From an uncultured Desulfatitalea sp. (GTDB lineage Bacteria; Desulfobacterota; Desulfobacteria; Desulfobacterales; Desulfosarcinaceae), in the NCBI GenBank assembly GCA_963668675.2, contig CAXXMB010000001.1, positions 32,001-96,000 of the forward strand: a stretch of DNA of 64,000 bases. The letters run 5' to 3'. Positions 9,836-19,464 of this stretch are shown piece by piece. Every line of letters begins with the position of its first letter. Positions within the stretch are counted from its first letter, which is position 1. A program made the translations under genes and the position numbers. The notes under the pieces are model-generated. The model did not search any database, was not told the origin of the DNA, and saw only the letters and a program-made list of their open reading frames with translations.

Positions 9836-10948
9836 ATGGGAAAACATCTGGCTCTTATCGGCGGCGGTCATGCCCACATGGTTACCTTGGCCAAGTTGTA
9901 TACTTTTATTGAAAAGGGTCACCGTGTTACTGTTATCGGCCCCTCCGACCATCATTACTATTCAGGCATGGGGCCGGGTATGCTCGGGAAAACCTACACC
10001 TCTGCCGAAATCCGGTTTGCAACTCGTCATGTAGTTGAGAAACAGGGCGGGACCTTTATCCGAGACAAAGCGGTTCGGATTATAGCCGGGGAAAAAAAAG
10101 TGAAATTGGCTTCCGGAGAGACAGTTGGCTATGATGTCATTTCCTTTAATGTTGGGAGTTTTGTGCCCCGTCTCGATTTGCCCGAGGATGCTAAGGACAT
10201 TTATACTGTCAAGCCCATTGAAAGGCTGATGGAAGCTCAGGCACGTATCCTGGAATTGGCAGCGCAAAAAAGAATAACCATCGGTATTCTGGGAGGCGGA
10301 CCATCCTCAGCTGAGGTTTCTGGAAACATCTGGCAGCTGATACGGGATGCCGGCTGGACGATGCCGAAGATAACGATTTTCGCCGGCAAACGATTCATGT
10401 CACGTTTCCCGGACAACGTTCGCTTCAAAGTGGAGCGGTCACTAACGCGGCGGGGTATTGAAATCAACACCGGAGGGTATGTCCAGTCCATCCAATCGGG
10501 GATAGTGACCCTTGCGTCCGGTGAAACACGAACACTGGATTTCATTTTTCTGGCCGTCGGCGTCAAGCCGAACCCCGTATTCAGCAATTCGGGGCTTGCC
10601 ACGGGTCCCGATGGCGGACTGCTTGTCAATGAGTTCCTTCAGAGCGTTGATTATCCGGAGATGTTCGGCGGCGGAGATTGCATCTATTTCGAAAAACAAC
10701 CATTGGACAAGGTTGGCGTCTATGCCGTGCGGCAGAATCCTGTGCTTTATGCGAATCTGATGGCCGCACTCGAAGGTAGACCGCTGCAGCCTTTTGATCC
10801 AGGGGGGGACTACCTGCTCATATTGAACATGGGAGGTGGGATTGGCGTTTTGCGTAAACGCTGGCTGCTGTTGGATGGAAAACCAGCTTTCTTTATTAAG
10901 GACTATATCGACAGAAAATTCATGAAAAAATTCCAGGCTATCGAATAA
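9836..10948 (+). CDS. FAD-dependent pyridine nucleotide-disulfide oxidoreductase (NDH-2/SelD-associated type)
   Basis: LIGGGHAH, YSGM-x-PG, GGG second Rossmann motif, GGGDC and KVGVYAVRQ. Confidence 0.85.
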   Translation: MGKHLALIGGGHAHMVTLAKLYTFIEKGHRVTVIGPSDHHYYSGMGPGMLGKTYTSAEIRFATRHVVEKQGGTFIRDKAVRIIAGEKKVKLASGETVGYDVISFNVGSFVPRLDLPEDAKDIYTVKPIERLMEAQARILELAAQKRITIGILGGGPSSAEVSGNIWQLIRDAGWTMPKITIFAGKRFMSRFPDNVRFKVERSLTRRGIEINTGGYVQSIQSGIVTLASGETRTLDFIFLAVGVKPNPVFSNSGLATGPDGGLLVNEFLQSVDYPEMFGGGDCIYFEKQPLDKVGVYAVRQNPVLYANLMAALEGRPLQPFDPGGDYLLILNMGGGIGVLRKRWLLLDGKPAFFIKDYIDRKFMKKFQAIE

Positions 10949-11021
10949 TGAACGATATGTGCGGCAAAATAGCGCGGGATATGGACTCGATTTCTGAATA
11001 CGATGCAACTTAAGTTTTATA

Positions 11022-11203
11022 GAGAACCGGGTATATGCAAAAGCGAAAAAGGAGAACCCCGAGCGCTGGACGGGCGCCACGCGCAATTTCGGACCGGTCC
11101 AACAGGTATGGCTGAACCCGAACGTAATATTAATGGTTCATAGGAAGCGATTTTTGAAATAGATAGATCTAGTAAAATGCGACATCTTCGTTGACAACGA
11201 CCG
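11022..11203 (+). mobile_element. IS3-family transposase 3' remnant with right end
   Basis: Frame reads ENRVYAKAKKENPERWTGATRNFGPVQQVWLNP, resembling IS3-family C-termini, followed by an end-like GCGACATCTTCGTTGACAACGACCG. Confidence 0.6.
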
Positions 11204-11223
11204 GTTTAGAGCGGGCAGCTGTC

Positions 11224-12432
11224 TCACGCTTGTCGAACTTCTTCAGCCACAGGTAATTCGGGCAGCTTCTGTACCTTCGGACGCCTCCTTTTTCGGGTTT
11301 TTACTGGAATCAGATTTCGCATCAATTCCAATTTCCCGAAGCATAGCAATCGATCTCCAGCTTCAATAATTCGCTGTGAGCGAGGGTTGGGGATGACCGC
11401 CGTTCCTCGATAAAGCGTCAGAACCACGATGTCCTTGTCACGCAAGCCGGATTCTTGAATTGATTTACCAATATAATCGGAGCCCAAGGGAATGTATATT
11501 TCTGCAACCCCATACCCACGGCTCACAGTCAGTCGCTGGCGCAGGTCAATCTCTGGAAAATTAATTTGGGCTGAAATGTAGTCAATAATGGTGCCTGCGA
11601 TGTCAAGCTGGGTACACCCTTCAATGCCTTCCAGGCCGGGGGAGGAATTTACTTCCATAATTTGTGGGCCGAGCTGTCCCTCAAGCATGTCGACGCCGGC
11701 TACACGAAGTCCCATTATTTGCGCAGCTCGAACGGCAGTTTCGCAGTACTCTTCATCAAGCGTTACCGGCTCGGCGATGCCGCCTCGGTGTACATTGCTG
11801 CGAAACTCCTGCCCTTGTGCAATACGGCGCATAGCCGCAACCACCTGATCACCGACCACAAAGGCTCGAATATCCCGGCCTTTGCTTTCGGCAACAAATT
11901 TCTGGATCAATACGTTTTGCTTTTGGCTCTGCAGCAGCTCGATAATGGCTTCGGCTGATTGTTCAGTCTCAGCTAAAAGGACACCGATCCCCTGGGTTCC
12001 TTGCAACAGCTTGATAATGACCGGAGCCCCACCGACGCGCGCTATTGCCGGCATTACATCTTTCTTGTCTCGGACGAAAGTTGTTTTAGGAATACCGATT
12101 TGATGTCGACTTAAAATTTGCAGACTTCGAAGCTTGTCACGTGAGGTTGAGATGCTTGCTGATGTATTTGCGCAGAACACATCCATCTGTTCAAATTGTC
12201 TTACCACAGCTGTACCGAAGTAGGTAATCGATGCGCCAATCCTCGGCAAAACGGCATCGTATGAGGAAAGTTCTTTCTGTCGAAAATAAAGATTCGGCTT
12301 GCCCTTTTCGAGATCAATCGCGAACTTGAGCGTATTGAGCACTTTAACTACATGCCCTCGCTGTTCAGCCGCTTCGCGAAGCCGTCGCGTACTGTAGCAC
12401 TTTAAATTGCGTGAAAGAATTGCAAGTTTCAT
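11224..12432 (-). CDS. rimK: RimK-family alpha-L-glutamate ligase with C-terminal TrkA-C (RCK-C) domain
   Basis: MKLAILSR...YSTRRL, PRIGAS, RDKLRSLQ, GTQGIGV, FRSNVHRGG and EVNSSPGLEGIE, plus about 100 extra C-terminal aa with a TrkA-C pattern. Confidence 0.92.
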   Translation of the reverse strand: MKLAILSRNLKCYSTRRLREAAEQRGHVVKVLNTLKFAIDLEKGKPNLYFRQKELSSYDAVLPRIGASITYFGTAVVRQFEQMDVFCANTSASISTSRDKLRSLQILSRHQIGIPKTTFVRDKKDVMPAIARVGGAPVIIKLLQGTQGIGVLLAETEQSAEAIIELLQSQKQNVLIQKFVAESKGRDIRAFVVGDQVVAAMRRIAQGQEFRSNVHRGGIAEPVTLDEEYCETAVRAAQIMGLRVAGVDMLEGQLGPQIMEVNSSPGLEGIEGCTQLDIAGTIIDYISAQINFPEIDLRQRLTVSRGYGVAEIYIPLGSDYIGKSIQESGLRDKDIVVLTLYRGTAVIPNPRSQRIIEAGDRLLCFGKLELMRNLIPVKTRKRRRPKVQKLPELPVAEEVRQA

Positions 12433-12838
12433 TTCTTCTCCAATATTTTTGACTTTCCTTTTGCAGGCAACGGATCATCTCTGTAAGCCGACTATTTTGA
12501 TCCTTATGCACTGAGGATTGTGGCAGAATGGCCAGTGTTAGAGAAGTATAGCCGATAAATCCAGCATCTGATCCCACCTTTATTTTTAGCACAATGGATT
12601 GTGGTTCACCAGAGATTATAACAATTCTTGAAAAAGCATAAGTTATCCTTCCAATCAATACGAACATTCAGTATGTGTTGCCTCCTATTCGATCATCGCT
12701 GGCAAGTTACGCTTTAACAAGGTGTTTTCGTATTATCGGTTGATAATATTATGCTTACCGGTATAAAATCATTATTCAACGGGTGAAAGACACTCGCAAC
12801 CTTGTTCCATCGTAAGTATCGTACGATGGGGTAGAAAT

Positions 12839-13348
12839 ATGCAGGAACGCATTGAAATGACTGAGTTGAAAATTGGTTGGAAAGAGTGGGTGTCTCTGCC
12901 GGATCTTCGGATACCAGGAATAAAAGCAAAAGTGGATACCGGAGCGCGGACATCGGCCCTGCATGCCTCCCACATAACCACTTTCACTAAACCATCGGGG
13001 CGTTGGGTACGCTATGTTGTTCGGCCCTTGCGCAAACATCCTGAAATTGAAATCCAGTGTGAGTCAAAACTGCTGGACAGGCGTGATATCAAAAGTTCCA
13101 GCGGACAGGTAGAATCCCGTTATGTCATCGAAACATCCGTTGTGCTGGGCGAGGCAAGGTGGTCGGCGACACTGTCCTTAACCAGTCGCGACGATATGTT
13201 GTTCCGGATGCTCCTCGGAAGAACTTCGTTACCCGGCAACACGATTATTTATCCGGGTGAAAAATATCTCACCGGAAAGGTCAGACTAAAAAAATGCTAT
13301 CCGGAATTAAGGAAAGGCGATAAGAAACGGAAAAAAGACAGGCCTTGA
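12839..13348 (+). CDS. RimK-associated retropepsin-like protease (RimB-like)
   Basis: IGWKEWVSLPDL, AKVDTGARTSALH, IKSSSG and MLLGR. The start may instead be 12857. Confidence 0.88.
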   Translation: MQERIEMTELKIGWKEWVSLPDLRIPGIKAKVDTGARTSALHASHITTFTKPSGRWVRYVVRPLRKHPEIEIQCESKLLDRRDIKSSSGQVESRYVIETSVVLGEARWSATLSLTSRDDMLFRMLLGRTSLPGNTIIYPGEKYLTGKVRLKKCYPELRKGDKKRKKDRP

Positions 13349-13551
13349 CCAGGCCAGGCGATTCGTGGCAAAAAATCCTCTGACTGCTGGTTTGCTGGGC
13401 CGCGCATGGTGATGTGGTCACCGTAACGTAAATTATATGCCGGCCAATATCCTCAAAGATGGTTAGATGTCGGAAATCGAGTGATTGAGGCTATCGATAT
13501 CATCAGGCAGAAACGTGGGCAACACGCTTGATATTTCTGCACTCCATAAAA

Positions 13552-14568
13552 CTACCAGCTTTCTTCGGAAATTTCTTCCCTGAATCCTTCGATCATTGGT
13601 TCGATCCCTTTGAGTCGATCCAGGTGTGCGATGTGAACGACGGCGTCGCCGCGATAAACAAGGGGTAGGTTCAACCGGCCGATGACCATCCCAGATACCG
13701 GAGATGTGATATCAACACCCTGGCCGCCGAAAGGATCGTCAATTTCGCCAATTTTAGAGTTCTTCACCACCCGGGCTCCGAGAGGATCCTTCATACGCAG
13801 GATACCGCTGGCCGGTGCACGAACCCAGGAGGTGGTATCTGTCACCAAAGGCTCGATTTCGGAGGCTGATATTTTCTTGGATGTCAGCATTCCCAGCGCC
13901 TGCATGACCGACATGACTCCGCGCATGCCCGCCCGAATCGCCACTTCATCAAACCGCAGTGATTCCCCCGCTTCGTACAGGAGCATCGTTATTCCCATTT
14001 CAGCCGCTGCATGCCGTAGAGAACCGTCCCGCAATTTAGCGTTAATTATGACGGGTACCTTGAAGGCCTTGGCCAGACGAAGCGTTTCGGGATCATCGAT
14101 TGCGGCCCGGATTTGGGGTAAATTTGCCCGGTGGTTCGATCCGGCATGCAGGTCGATCCCGTGTGTGCTTCCCTGAACCACTGTTTCCACAAAGGTGCCG
14201 GCCAATTGGGACGTCAGCGATCCTTTTTCCAAACCCGGGAAAAATCGGTTGAGATCGCGCCGATCCGGGGAATACCGGGAGCGTTGCAGAAAGCCATAAA
14301 CATTGACCACGGGAACCGCCAGAAGCGTGCCCCTAATCGATTTCAGTCGCTTCAGCTTGATTAACCGCCGGATGATCTCTGTGCCGATAATCTCGTCGCC
14401 GTGAATAGCGCCGCTGACAAACAGGCGAGGGCCCTCGCGCCGACCATGCAGAACATGCACCGGCATGGTCAATTCGGTATGGGTGTATAGAGGGGCAACG
14501 GGCACATGAATGGTTGCCTGCTCTCCCGGCTTGATCTTGGTTCCGGCGACGGTTATTGCTGACTGCAT
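13552..14568 (-). CDS. Succinylglutamate desuccinylase/aspartoacylase family peptidase
   Basis: IHGDE, DLNR-x-FPG, IDLH and LLYEAGE Zn-carboxypeptidase motifs. Confidence 0.9.
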   Translation of the reverse strand: MQSAITVAGTKIKPGEQATIHVPVAPLYTHTELTMPVHVLHGRREGPRLFVSGAIHGDEIIGTEIIRRLIKLKRLKSIRGTLLAVPVVNVYGFLQRSRYSPDRRDLNRFFPGLEKGSLTSQLAGTFVETVVQGSTHGIDLHAGSNHRANLPQIRAAIDDPETLRLAKAFKVPVIINAKLRDGSLRHAAAEMGITMLLYEAGESLRFDEVAIRAGMRGVMSVMQALGMLTSKKISASEIEPLVTDTTSWVRAPASGILRMKDPLGARVVKNSKIGEIDDPFGGQGVDITSPVSGMVIGRLNLPLVYRGDAVVHIAHLDRLKGIEPMIEGFREEISEESW

Positions 14569-15138
14569 GTTCCCCTGCCTAAGGTATGAGTATTATCGGA
14601 AGCAGCGTTTTTCTTGAAATACACAGACTTGACGACTGACCATACACCACCCACAATCAACGGTAAAGAAAAGGATTGAAGCATCGTCAATTCTGTCTAA
14701 AAACAATAGCAATTTACCTAGAAGATTATTGTCACTATAGTTGTGAAAAGATTTCTTTGATTACCACTCACAGTGAATTGTAGAACACAACAGAGAATAT
14801 AATAGCAAAACAGCGACCATTGCGTTGCTGATCGCAGCTATGAATATTGGTCAGGCGGCAGCTGTTTCTGCGGTGGACAAACAGATAGTTGGCTGGGTAG
14901 AAATTGCCAGACGCTGATAGGCCGGAGTTTTATAGAAGATTTGTTTCTCATTACCCCGGAGCTTATCTTTGTCAGTAAAACGGATTGCGGGATTGTGAAT
15001 TGAAAAGCATCATGGGGGTGAGCCATATCTCCCCCGCCCACCTTGTTTTCGGCGAGCAGGCACCCAAAATATACGCCTGAGACGACCCGGAAAGATTTTA
15101 TTGTGGTTTGTCATACCATTTTTTTACTTCGTTTCCTA

Positions 15139-15239
15139 TAGGTTGTAAGTTTGAGTCTTACCCGGAGGGCCAAAAATATCAAGGGGCTAGCAAATTTCTG
15201 CTAACCCCTTTTGCATTTTGTGTGAGAATCCGTTCGAGA
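15139..15239 (+). repeat. att-like site 3: degenerate tRNA-Asn 3' half plus hairpin/arm
   Basis: 15139-15172 matches tRNA 7635-7668 at 29/34. 15169-15239 matches 9422-9492 at about 63/71 (counted by eye). Confidence 0.88.
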
Positions 15240-15360
15240 TTTTCACCATGTTGCCTGCTAAAATCATGGGGTACTATCGTATGGCTTAATCCATCAGCGA
15301 ATTGCCGTAGCGCTGCCCCTGTTTCCTACCGTTACCAACCTTTCGTTTTGGGGCCACTAC

Positions 15361-17154
15361 TCAATCATCCGGATACATTGCATTGATCTCTTTTTCGAAT
15401 TGAGCGATTGCCACATTCTTTTTGAGTTTCATTGTTGGCGTCAGCATGCCGTTTTCGATGGTGAACTCCGGTACGATGGTGATCTTCTTGATCGTTTCGA
15501 ACTTGGCGAATTCCTTGTTCTTATCGGCCACTTCCTTTTCGATCATCGCCTGCACCTTGTCGTTGGCAATCAACTCTTCCAATGAGTTGAAAGTGATGCC
15601 CTGGGCCTGGGCCCATTCCGGCACATTTTCAGGATCGATGGTGACGAGTGCGCTGAGGAATTTACGCTTGTCGCCGATGATGCATATCTGATTGATGTAC
15701 TTGGACGTGGCGATGACCCCTTCTATGGAGGCCGGCGCAATGTTTTTACCGCCGGCAGTGATGATGAGATCCTTTTTCCGACCGGTTATTTTCAAGAAGT
15801 TTTCGCTGTCGATCTCACCAATATCGCCGGTGTACTGCCATCCGTCGGGTGTTATCGTCTCAGCCGTCTCTTCCGGCATTTTGTAATACTCCTTCATGAC
15901 GTTTCTACCGCGATACATTACTTCACCATCGTCGGCGGTTTTCTGCTCGATGCCGGGACCTGGAGGGCCGACCCAGCCGAAGCGATAGTTGTCGTAACGG
16001 TTGAGATTTGTAAACGATGTATTTTCCGTCATACCGATACCCTCAAGAACCAAAATTCCGGCGGCGTGGAAGAACTTGGCAATGGAGGGGTTCAACGGTG
16101 CTGCGCCGCTGATGCACCATTTAACCCTGCCGCCCAGGGCTGCCTGTACTTTGCTGAAGACCAGCTTGGTGGCCAGTGCATATTTGATTCCCAACCCAAA
16201 GGGGATGGGCTGTTTGTTGAGCTTGCAGTCGCTGACCGCTTCTCCCACTTCACAGGCCCACCGGAATATTTTCAGTGCGACACCGCCCTTGGCTTCCGCC
16301 CCGCTGATGACCTTGGAGTAGACTTTTTCGTAGATGCGGGGCACGCTGGCAAACCAGTGCGGGCTGGCCACGCCGATATCTTCGACAATGGTATCCATGC
16401 TGCGGGTGAATGTCGTTTCGCACCCGGTGAGCAGAGTGGCGTAAACACAGGTGCGGGCGAAAACATGGGCCAGCGGCAGGAATAAAAATACGCTCTCCCC
16501 TTCACTGATATTGGTACTGCCTTTCACCGACTGGGCCGTAAAGGTGATGTTGTCGTGGGTCAGCACCGCGCCTTTGGGAACTCCTGTCGTGCCGGAGGTG
16601 TAAACAATGCCTGCCGGGTCTGACGACGTCACGGCGTTCACGCTTGAATCGAAATCGGTATCGGCGACATCCTTGCCCAACGCCAGAAAGTCTTCGAAGC
16701 TGATGACCCAATCGTCTGTCGGTACGTCTCCGGTAAACAGAACCACCTTGCGAATTTCGGGAATCTCAGCTCGGATTTCCATCAACTTGGCCAGTTGTGC
16801 ATTGTCCTCGGCAAAAATCACCACCGCATCCGAGTGATCGACGATATAACGGACATCCTTGGGCAGGTTGGACTGGTAGATGCCCACCGTCACCGCTCCG
16901 ATGCTGGTGATGCCCATATCGCACAGCACCCATTGATAGCGCGAATAGCTGAGAATGTTGACCTTGTCACCTTTTTCCACCCCCAGCGCCATGAGCGATT
17001 TGCCCACCTGTCGGACCTGATCGTAAAACTGGTTCCAAGTCACCGAATCGGTTTGCCCAGGTTCCGTAAACCACTTGTAGGCGCTTGTCTCGCCATATCT
17101 ATCGACCGTTTGTTTAAGCATGGCGTGAATGTTGGGATAATCGATAAACTCCAT
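15361..17154 (-). CDS. Long-chain fatty acid--CoA ligase (AMP-binding)
   Basis: YTSGTTGVPKG, LPLAHVF, EGIGMTE, TGDIG and GRKKDLIITAGGKN. Start after AAGGAGGAG. Confidence 0.93.
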   Translation of the reverse strand: MEFIDYPNIHAMLKQTVDRYGETSAYKWFTEPGQTDSVTWNQFYDQVRQVGKSLMALGVEKGDKVNILSYSRYQWVLCDMGITSIGAVTVGIYQSNLPKDVRYIVDHSDAVVIFAEDNAQLAKLMEIRAEIPEIRKVVLFTGDVPTDDWVISFEDFLALGKDVADTDFDSSVNAVTSSDPAGIVYTSGTTGVPKGAVLTHDNITFTAQSVKGSTNISEGESVFLFLPLAHVFARTCVYATLLTGCETTFTRSMDTIVEDIGVASPHWFASVPRIYEKVYSKVISGAEAKGGVALKIFRWACEVGEAVSDCKLNKQPIPFGLGIKYALATKLVFSKVQAALGGRVKWCISGAAPLNPSIAKFFHAAGILVLEGIGMTENTSFTNLNRYDNYRFGWVGPPGPGIEQKTADDGEVMYRGRNVMKEYYKMPEETAETITPDGWQYTGDIGEIDSENFLKITGRKKDLIITAGGKNIAPASIEGVIATSKYINQICIIGDKRKFLSALVTIDPENVPEWAQAQGITFNSLEELIANDKVQAMIEKEVADKNKEFAKFETIKKITIVPEFTIENGMLTPTMKLKKNVAIAQFEKEINAMYPDD

Positions 17155-17407
17155 ATAGCTTTCTCCTCCTTTGTGCGGCAGAGGCCTACCGCGGTCCATA
17201 TGCATTGCTCATAAAATTTAAAATAGTACAATGTTTACATAAAGGTCAATAATACAAACCGGCGTTCAATTTTATCATACAAATGTATGATTGCTGTCGC
17301 CTATTGAAAAATACTACCCCAGATGACTCTGCCGGCCATGAATCATGTCGGCACTTGGAATCGGCATAGGGTACACTGTGTATCGAGTTGTGAAACGGGT
17401 GACGTCT

Positions 17408-17484
17408 TAAGTTCGATTCTCGTCCGGGGAGCCAAGCAACGACAAAGGGCTTAGAAGAAATTCTAAGCCCTTTGTCGTTGCTTG
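17408..17484 (+). repeat. att-like site 4: tRNA-Asn 3' fragment plus perfect 24-bp hairpin
   Basis: TAAGTTCGATTCTCGTCCGGGGAGCCA matches the tRNA 3' end at 23/27, then CAAGCAACGACAAAGGGCTTAGAA-GAAA-TTCTAAGCCCTTTGTCGTTGCTTG. Confidence 0.85.
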
Positions 17485-17720
17485 AAGATTTTATTTTCAA
17501 CCATATTTCCGACCTTGAATGTAACGTCCAGTTTTAGAGGTCCATTTTCAGGGAGCGTGGGCATTCGATTTGATGAGAAATAGCGGGACCTGCGAACGCT
17601 CGTGCCGAACCCTTTCGGTCACAACGATTGATATGGTGCTATTAGGTATGCTCTAAAATGCAAGCGATTGTAATCGCGATTAAATCATCCGCAGCCACTG
17701 ATCCTTTGGACAGCAGTCAC

Positions 17721-19331
17721 TTATGCCATTTTCTTCAGTTCTTTTTTAAGTATTTTCCCAGTCGGATTTCTGGGGAGCTGTTCCATGAATTCTATGATTT
17801 TTGGTATTTTGTAGCGAGCCAATTTGTCTTCCAGGAACACCATGACCTCTTCAGCGGAGAGATCGCTGGTTTTGGACGGTTCGATAATCGCTTTGACCTG
17901 TTCACCCAGTGCTTCGTCCGGAACGCCTACAACTGCGGCCGCCACGATGGCTGGATGTCCCTCCAACACCATTTCAATCTCTTTGGGATAGATATTTTCG
18001 CCGCCGCGGTTGATCATGTCCTTCTTGCGGTCCACAATATAAAAGTAGCCTTCCTCATCCATCGTACCGATATCGCCCGTGAGCAGCCATCCGTCCTGCA
18101 GTGTTTCCGCCGTAGCGTCTGGATTGTTGAGATATCCCAGCATCGTGTTTGCGCCCCTGATGCAGATTTCGCCGCGCGTGTTGACAGGCAACTCCTGGAG
18201 ATCGTCGCTGAGAATGCGTACATCCTGTCCCGGCAGCGGCACGCCGACGGAGCCTGCCTTGCGTTTGCCCAGCGCTGGGTTGGAAACGGATACACCCGCC
18301 CCCTCCGTCAACCCGTAGCCTTCCACGATTTCGACGTTGAACCGATCTTTAAAGCCTTTGATCAAATCTACCGATAAAGGTGCCGCACCGCAAAACGCCC
18401 AGCGTAGCTTAAGTTTGGCCATGTCGATTTGCGAAGGATCGATTGAATAATAAACATAATTGTACATGGCCGGGACGCCCATGAGGATCGTGATGCCGTT
18501 GTCGATGATCGACGGCCAGAAATCCGTGGGCGAGAAGGACGGCCGGATGCAAATCGTCTGGCCGCAATAGGTCATCGGATAGGTCCACACACAGATGGGG
18601 TTGGTATGAAACATCGGTAGGAGAATCAGCATGGTGTCGTCGCCCTCCACCAGCCCCAAACGGGCCATGGATTGACAGATCGACAGCTGGTTGCCATTGG
18701 AGATCAAAATCCCTTTGGGCCTCCCCGTGGTTCCCGACGAATAGAGCATCAGCGCTGGATCTTCGTGCGTTTGGGGTACAAGGGTTTCATCGGCTGGATA
18801 GCCGGTCATAATAGCGGCCAAGGTCGTTTTTGCGATACTTTCGCTATTGGCGTCCGATTCACCAACTTCCACAACGATCGGATTGTGCGCCGCGGCTTGG
18901 TATCCTTTGAGGAACTCGGGCATGAATGATTTGTCAACAAAAACGACTCGAGGCTGTGCGTGATCGAGCGCATAGGCGATTTCCGGACCCTTGGAGGCAA
19001 AGTTGACGAGGCAGGCGACGGCACCGATTTTCTGGGCGCCGAACATGACATCGTAGATTTGAGGGGAATTCATGATCATCAACGAGACGATGTCGCCTTT
19101 TCGTACGCCCATGTCGATCAGGAAATTGGCCACTCTATTGGCAAATTGGTTGGTTTGGGCATACGTGCGGGTTTGGTTTTCATACAGCACGTGAAGCGTT
19201 TCGGGAATTTCTTCGGCGCGTGTCGTCACCATTTCTGCCAGACTGGAAAACGATTTCTGCAGACCTTTCAGAAAAGGCAGCGATTCCAAGTCAAGGAATT
19301 CAACATTGGGTTTCACAAGTTGGCCGGCCAT
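17721..19331 (-). CDS. Acyl-CoA synthetase (class I adenylate-forming, CaiC/FadD-like)
   Basis: YSSGTTGRPKG, EGYGLTE, TGDIG, DRKKDMINRGGENIYP and PRNPTGK. Confidence 0.93.
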   Translation of the reverse strand: MAGQLVKPNVEFLDLESLPFLKGLQKSFSSLAEMVTTRAEEIPETLHVLYENQTRTYAQTNQFANRVANFLIDMGVRKGDIVSLMIMNSPQIYDVMFGAQKIGAVACLVNFASKGPEIAYALDHAQPRVVFVDKSFMPEFLKGYQAAAHNPIVVEVGESDANSESIAKTTLAAIMTGYPADETLVPQTHEDPALMLYSSGTTGRPKGILISNGNQLSICQSMARLGLVEGDDTMLILLPMFHTNPICVWTYPMTYCGQTICIRPSFSPTDFWPSIIDNGITILMGVPAMYNYVYYSIDPSQIDMAKLKLRWAFCGAAPLSVDLIKGFKDRFNVEIVEGYGLTEGAGVSVSNPALGKRKAGSVGVPLPGQDVRILSDDLQELPVNTRGEICIRGANTMLGYLNNPDATAETLQDGWLLTGDIGTMDEEGYFYIVDRKKDMINRGGENIYPKEIEMVLEGHPAIVAAAVVGVPDEALGEQVKAIIEPSKTSDLSAEEVMVFLEDKLARYKIPKIIEFMEQLPRNPTGKILKKELKKMA

Positions 19332-19464
19332 GACCTACCCCTTTAAGATGCCTAAAAGTTCATCTGCTTCAAAACTTCTGTGATGGCAGCAGACGATGCA
19401 GATGGGCGTCTGCGTGCCTAAACCAGAAACCGTGAAGGTGGCGGCTGCCTATTCGAACCGACGG

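Noticed and set aside
14838..15041. Short ORF containing MAHPHDAF as an Rpn/YhgA remnant
   Set aside because: Resemblance is limited to a few residues and cannot be supported without a search.
7593..17484. Repeats as CRISPR array, extra tRNA genes or integron attC sites
   Set aside because: Spacing is kilobases, no cas genes are present, the copies lack the tRNA 5' half, and there are no attC-type core sites.
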